Source: Eledone cirrhosa
Taxonomy: Eukaryota
NCBI GenBank assembly: GCA_964016885.1
Contig: OZ024742.1
Span: 277,760,001-277,824,000 of the forward strand
DNA length: 64,000 nucleotides
Direction: 5' to 3'
Below the pieces are notes generated by a model, which saw nothing but the letters and a program-made list of their open reading frames with translations, had not been told where the DNA came from and did not search any database. Below, one piece after another: positions 57,423 through 64,000 of the stretch (position 1 is its first letter; each line of letters opens with the position of its first letter). The translations under genes were made by a program, and so were the position numbers.

Positions 57423-59139
57423 AATTCCATATATGGTCAAAGTGATTGTCAAAAATCAGTAGTAATTCTGTGGTTGCAAATTAGTAGGGGAGATGGTGGC
57501 TAAACCTGCCAGTAGGAGAAAGAGGGGAGGGGGTGGAGTAGACCCAATCAAGCGTTGGTAGTGCCAGCTACAGCTGGGCATGAGGTCAAAGAAGATACAG
57601 GGGAGGGGGAGGGGGAGGAAGTCGGAACGGTAGGTAGAACAATGGGGGGTAGAAATAGGAAAGAAAAAATACTGAGAGTGAAGGAAAGCAAATAAGTGTA
57701 AAGAAAAAATTAAATTCTACGACCTAGGTGTCAGGCTATTGTTAGGCGAGAATAAAATAAAGAAAGAAAGAAAGAAGTAAATAAATAAATAAATAAATAA
57801 ATAAGGAAATAAGTATAGAACTAGGTGGGACGAATTAGGCAAGGACCCTTTTAAGAGGTATAAGTACGTAAATGATACGGTGACTGGTCAACAAAAGGGG
57901 CCAAAATACTAAAGAGACTACCACGAAATAAACAATAAAGGTTTCCATCCCGGGCCAGCAACGACCCAGTGCAGCAAAGTGAACTTGTACGACATAATAA
58001 TTCTGAGTCCCGAGAAAAATATATACTAATGCTAACTCTAAAAGATCTAAAACAAGCTACATGAAAGTTCGTACGAAATAAAGGTAGAATACGGAGAAAT
58101 AAGTTCAGAATCCACCCCGCCCAGAAGAAAAGCGAAGCAAGAAATACTGAAACGAAAAAAATAAGGCATAAGTGCCACTAAGAAATATAGAGGGCACAGA
58201 GAATAGTGGGAGCGGTCGGAAAAGGGGGGCAAGTATCCGGGGTCTAAGCCAACTGCTATAAAGGGCGGAGTCCGCCAAATCTATCAAAGACTAGGGGAGG
58301 GGGGAGTGGGGGTACTAAGGCTACATGGGGCCAAAGGGCAGCCTCGGGTGGGCGAGAAAAGACGCCGACAAAGGAGAAGAGCTGGGGTAGAAGGACAAAG
58401 GAGAGAGGGGGGAAGGAAATAAAGGATGCGATAAATGAATACAAAGAAGATCTTACGTCTTCCTTGGCAAGCAGGGGTTACCCATTGCAAAATCGGCAAC
58501 TGGGGTGTTATAGCCCTAGTCTACCCCCCCGGGTCATTATGGGGTTTGAGGGCGAGGTAAGTCCTACGCAATCTATGTTTACATGCAGTAACCAGTTCAT
58601 CTTTCTTGTTTAGGAGTAAACCTTTATTGTTTATTTCGTGGTAGTCTCTTTAGTATTTTGGCCCCTTTTGTTGACCAGTCACCGTATCATTTACGTACTT
58701 ATACCTCTTAAAAGGGTCCTTGCCTAATTCGTCCCACCTAGTTCTATACTTATTTCCTTATTTATTTATTTATTTATTTATTTACTTCTTTCTTTCTTTC
58801 TTTATTTTATTCTCGCCTAACAATAGCCTGACACCTAGGTCGTAGAATTTAATTTTTTCTTTACACTTATTTGCTTTCCTTCACTCTCAGTATTTTTTCT
58901 TTCCTATTTCTACCCCCCATTGTTCTACCTACCGTTCCGACTTCCTCCCCCTCCCCCTCCCCTGTATCTTCTTTGACCTCATGCCCAGCTGTAGCTGGCA
59001 CTACCAACGCTTGATTGGGTCTACTCCACCCCCTCCCCTCTTTCTCCTACTGGCAGGTTTAGCCACCATCTCCCCTACTAATTTGCAACCACAGAATTAC
59101 TACTGATTTTTGACAATCACTTTGACCATATATGGAATT

Positions 59140-59233
59140 ACCCCTTGAGAAGATCGGCTATTTAAATACCAGGATAAATGTTCATTTAGTCCAGAATTAG
59201 CCGTCGAAACGGCTTGAGCTCAGCTGTCGGGGT
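59140..59233 (+). ncRNA. Type I hammerhead, U3-A8 core variant
   Basis: acccc-TTGAGAA-gatcggcta..tagccgtc-GAAA-cggct tgagctc agctg-TC-ggggt. Confidence 0.78.
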
Positions 59234-59359
59234 CTTACTGGTTCCTATTACCCACTCTACTACCTCAAGTATTGAGTACTTTGGTGCGTTATGGTCCACC
59301 TGGTTCCTTACCACATTTCCTTCGTTATATATATATATATATATATATACCATATATAC

Positions 59360-59416
<57 letters not shown>

Positions 59417-59419
59417 ATA

Positions 59420-59468
<49 letters not shown>

Positions 59469-59471
59469 ATA

Positions 59472-59520
<49 letters not shown>

Positions 59521-59560
59521 ATATATACTATATATATATATATATATATATAGAAGATAT

Positions 59561-59630
<70 letters not shown>

Positions 59631-59669
59631 ATATATATATATATATGTTAGTTGTGTATTAACATATCA

Positions 59670-61230
59670 ATGATTTTTCCAGTAAACATGGAGGATGCAG
59701 TGCAGCTTTGTTTGCTGGAATCATTTTAACAGTCTTATATCTCGGCAGTATAAGGTCCAAGGCTCACAAGCATAAAGCAGAGCTGGAGGGACAACTACTT
59801 TAAAGACCATGACTTTCATTTTTTGAGTGAGCCTGTGATTCTCAAAGAATCGGTGTACAAGTCTTCCATATTCACTCTGAGCAGTCTTAAATCTATTATA
59901 GACGTCGCTTTTAGAGGTACCTTTGTTTCAAAAGATGGAACTAAGATAAACAAATTGATCAACAGTTTTTACAAAGCGTCCTCCCATGTTGATATCAATA
60001 CCAAGTGGAATTTATTCGGGTTTTGATTGGATTAAAAAAAACGCTAATATACTTTCGTGTATGGGTCTGCTGTCATTTGAAGATCAGCTTCACTATTTTA
60101 GGTTGCATTGACATCTACATATTGTAGCTCACAAAATCTATTGACAGTAGAACAAGGCACTGTCTAACATATACTGGTCATCCTCACCAGAAGTATCAAC
60201 GAAATATAAAGAAAATAGTATTTGTGCCAGTACACAACATTGTTTCAAACCATTAGTAATAAGGAAGGAGTCTGATAAGGCACCATTATGAGCATACCGT
60301 CATGTAAAGAGTGAACAAGAGAGACTCATTTTTAGGGATATAAAAACGGGCAAAAGTGGCCCACTTTACTGTCAAAGGTCCCTTTTTAAGTCCTGGAAAA
60401 TAAACATGTCGATGTTGTTGTTCTCGGCTTTTCTTCTGAAGACTTGGTGCATAGTAAACAATGTCAACTGTATCTCTGGAGGGTCGAAAACCTCATTGAG
60501 ATTCAACAATAACAACCTCTGTCAGTGTGAGCAGTCTATCCAAGAGGAGCAAGCGAAGATCATGTCAGCAGAGCTCAACAAAGATGCTGCGATAATTTCC
60601 GTAGTTTTATCAACTTTCTTGTATATAAACAATGTTAGCTTTTTTGCAATATCCTGGGATATCTTCTGTTTACCAGATCAGGCTAAGCAGAGTTTGAGAA
60701 ACTACTGAAGCTCCAAACCACCATAATTAAAGGGATCTAAAGGAATAACACCAGCTTCTGCAAACTCATTTTGAAATTGTGTCAGGGCCATCCACTCCCA
60801 AATGGGAAGATGGGGAGAGCTTCCAATATTCTTGAGTCGAACAGTGATCGTTTAAGAGATTTTGGAAGTGCGATAGAAAACGCCGAAGAGTATCTCTTGG
60901 GTCAGTGAGAATGATTGTATGATCTATGTCCTTGAGACTTCTCACAGATAACCGGATAGAGCTAAAGATCTCCTCAGTAACAGCATAGAAGCGACGCATA
61001 TCTTGTTCATCAGCATAGTGTTGAAGTTCTTCATTCTTTGTTTGACAGCAACTATATTTGAGATCTCGTAAACATTTCTGACATAGCTTTGAAGCTTCTT
61101 GGAGGTGCTTTCTATTCTCTCATGACGGGTGGTTATCGAACGCACGACGCTCTAACCTTTTTTGTTCGATTAGGTGTGATATTTCTTTATCGTTCTCATC
61201 AATCCAGTCATATGATTGTTTTTTTTATAA
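59670..61230 (-). mobile_element. Old RTE-clade LINE relic (RT region)
   Basis: DWIDENDKEISHLI, LQHYADEQDMRRFY, HFQNLLN, GNYRSI, GFRPSRDTVD, GLKQCCVLAQILFSLY, ELQYVD; many stops. Confidence 0.8.
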
Positions 61231-61517
61231 AATAAAGAACCTCTCCAACTGCAGTGCAATTTCGTTACGATTGTTTTTCAAAATTCTGTTATATCATCAG
61301 TTATCGGTATGTGAGTGTGTGTGTGAAGTTTGAAATAAGGTCTTCCGATTTAAACGATGCTGTATGCTGGGTGAATCCGTCAAACATTACGCTAAGGGAT
61401 CTCTTGCTAAATGCCGTCTTTTCGAAAATGTTAAACCCGTATCCCGTCTCGTGGGTTACTTTACCAGATTTTCTCAACTTTTATATATAGTGATCGACTA
61501 TTATTATAGTCATTCAC

Positions 61518-61685
61518 AGGGCGGTGAATTAGCAGAATAGGGAGAGGGTCGGCCCTTTACGGTCTAAGTTCAAATCCCACCGAGATTAACTTTGCCTTTC
61601 ATCCTTACGGGGTCGATAAAATAAAGTACCTGTAAAAGACTGGGATCATTGCTGGCCTTGTGCCAAAAGAAGAAACAATTATTAT
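61518..61685 (+). mobile_element. SINE family A
   Basis: aagttcaaatcccaccgag..tttgcctttcatccttacggggtcgataaaataaagtacc. Confidence 0.87.
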
Positions 61686-61755
61686 AGTCATTCTGGTTAT
61701 GACAACTACATTACAAATTTCAAAATTTCCCAATGATCTTTAAGTCATCTAGCAC

Positions 61756-61811
<56 letters not shown>

Positions 61812-62608
61812 CATGCATACATACATATATATGAGGGAGAGATAGATAAAGGAGAAGGCCGAAGAAGGAGTTGGAAGCCAAGCTAGAATTGATTAATTCC
61901 AAAGTTGATAAGAATGGTAAATATTAAGTTTCGGGATTAAATATTTAGTTTTAATATTGGATCTGGCATCATTTCTGCTGTTCACGGTTCTACAGCTGCG
62001 CATTCTTGACAGTATATGCATGTGTGTATGTACGTACGTATGTATGTACGTATGCTTGTATGTATGTATGTATGTATGTATGTATGTATGTATGTATGTA
62101 TGTATGTATGTGTGTATGTATATATGTATGTTTGATTGTATGTATGTATGTGTATAAGTATGTATGTATATATGTATATATGGGTGTATGAGTCTTGGTC
62201 ATAGTCGACTCAGAATGTCGAACAATAAAATCCCTGTGTGTGTATATCTGAGGGTGTCTGAGTTCATGTATGTATGAAGCTATATATGCATGCATGTATG
62301 CGTATATGTATGGGTGTATGCAAAAGTGTATTCCTATGTACGCATATATGTGGATGTTCATATGTGTGAGCATTTGCATATGTGAATATATGTTTGTGTA
62401 TTTGCGTTAGTATGTGTTTCTATTTGTATACGTATCTGTATGTTTGCACGTTTGTATGCTTACGTCCTGGTAAGTATTTGCATAGATGAGTATGCGTTTG
62501 TGTAGGTTCATGCGTGTACGCGCGTATATATCTGTCTATTTATTTATGTAGTGTGCATGTGTGTATGCATGCTGATGTACACACAATTTCTCTCAAACAC
62601 GCATACAT

Positions 62609-62698
<90 letters not shown>

Positions 62699-63148
62699 TC
62701 ACACTCACACTCACACATAGACATATTCACACATATATCTGAATAATATTTTAAATTATTCTCCATTTGTCTCGACTTTCTTCCTTTTGTACAGCGCATG
62801 TGCAGAAGTTAAACTAGTTCCATCCAGGGACTGAAATCGGGTAATAAAATTCATATTATACTGGCATATAAAATATATTTCAATGTAATGTGACAGGAAA
62901 AAAAAAAATAAATTGAAATTACACGGCTTACTCGATGTACAACTTTCTAAATTTCTTTCAACCAATCAAATCATTTACTACTATTTACTGCATACATGAG
63001 CGTAACGGTTCAATAAATTACAAGTATTGTTTGTGTTTGGTTTCTGCAATATACCTTTACAGATCTGGATCCTTTTGTAATTTCATTAGATACGTGTTTA
63101 CGTACAAGTGTGCGTGACTCTCTTTGTGTATGTGTGTGTGTGGTGTGT

Positions 63149-63216
<68 letters not shown>

Positions 63217-64000
63217 CTTCGAAACAAGACAATACTGTGATGTTTTGAGGCATCACAGATCACGTGATTACGGCTATTCTCTAGTCGCTTAATGATATCA
63301 GGATTTTTTTCCCTAAGTCATAGCGAACTCCTTAGATATAGGAAGGAAATGGTGATATATAAACAAAATCATGGGTTAATAACAATTAAAAGTTAATAAT
63401 ATCAGTAATTACTCAGATGACGTGGTTTCTATTTAGTGAATCTAATAATTGAAGATGCATTGCATGTGCACATTTTACAGTTAATTACAAAAGTGACCCT
63501 GGAGTCGATAAATATCCTCAGTGAGTTGTCCAATTTTCCAACTCAGGATAATTCGGCACCATGCCTCACAGATACCCACACCACTAATCGGTTGGTAGTA
63601 GCAGTGTGTGTGTCATCAGTGGCCTTATGTAGTAAGATATTAGATACATTACGGTGGGAATAAAGTGCACCAGAAGCACTCAACTAGAATATGTAAAGGC
63701 TTAGTTTCTAGGTGTAGAAATATAATAATGTTTTCGAAATCTGACGATACTGCAATGCCCCGGCACACCAAAGATCGTGTAGTTACAGTCACAGTCTACT
63801 CAGTGATAGAAACATTTTTCTGAATCAGAGCGAATTTTTGGATATGTACACCTCTCAAGAACAACAAATTTAGCCGATTAAATGCCAAATGTGAAAGGAA
63901 GAACATGCTGCAGACATTGTACACACCTTTCTTCAAACAGCTGTTGATCTATTACTAATTGATATCGAATGACATGTGAAAAGTTTCAAATATTTTCACA

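Larger units (their letters stand above)
57314..59326 (-). mobile_element. PLE family 1 3' end with long pLTR and 631-bp inverted duplication
   Basis: Minus strand from 58617 reads LLNKKDELVTACKHRLRRTYLALKPHNDPGG; arms 57314-57944 and 58618-59248; tail to 59326; (TA)n flanks. Confidence 0.9.

Noticed and set aside
59168-59243. Pseudoknot accag (loop II) / ctggt (stem I bulge)
   Set aside because: ctggt is not conserved in homologs at 2180 and 50920; unsupported without covariation data.

Overview
Eukaryotic, AT-rich, microsatellite-saturated intergenic/intronic DNA. The microsatellite load and SINE families suggest an octopus/coleoid cephalopod (inference). No host protein-coding gene can be supported; nearly all ORF-track entries are translated microsatellites. 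The window is a transposon graveyard: Penelope-like elements (PLE; RT + C-terminal GIY-YIG) of at least three families, CRE-, R4/Dong-, CR1- and RTE-clade LINE remnants, a bipartite non-autonomous RTE derivative, tRNA-derived SINEs, a non-autonomous Helitron, a Tc1/mariner transposase relic and two MITEs. The main unannotated signal is RNA-level: about a dozen type I hammerhead ribozyme (HHR) motifs read by eye. These include apparently intact ones at 6629-6699 and 15092-15142 and a non-canonical U3-A8 core variant (59140-59233, mirrored at 57329-57422). Several sit in fold-back insertions inside (TA)n tracts that follow a repeated asymmetric rule: one arm ends at a TA/TAT junction shortly after the cleavage site, the other keeps a tail with a shared TGAGTRC motif. 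All structures were folded by eye and no database search was run. Boundaries of degraded repeats are approximate.
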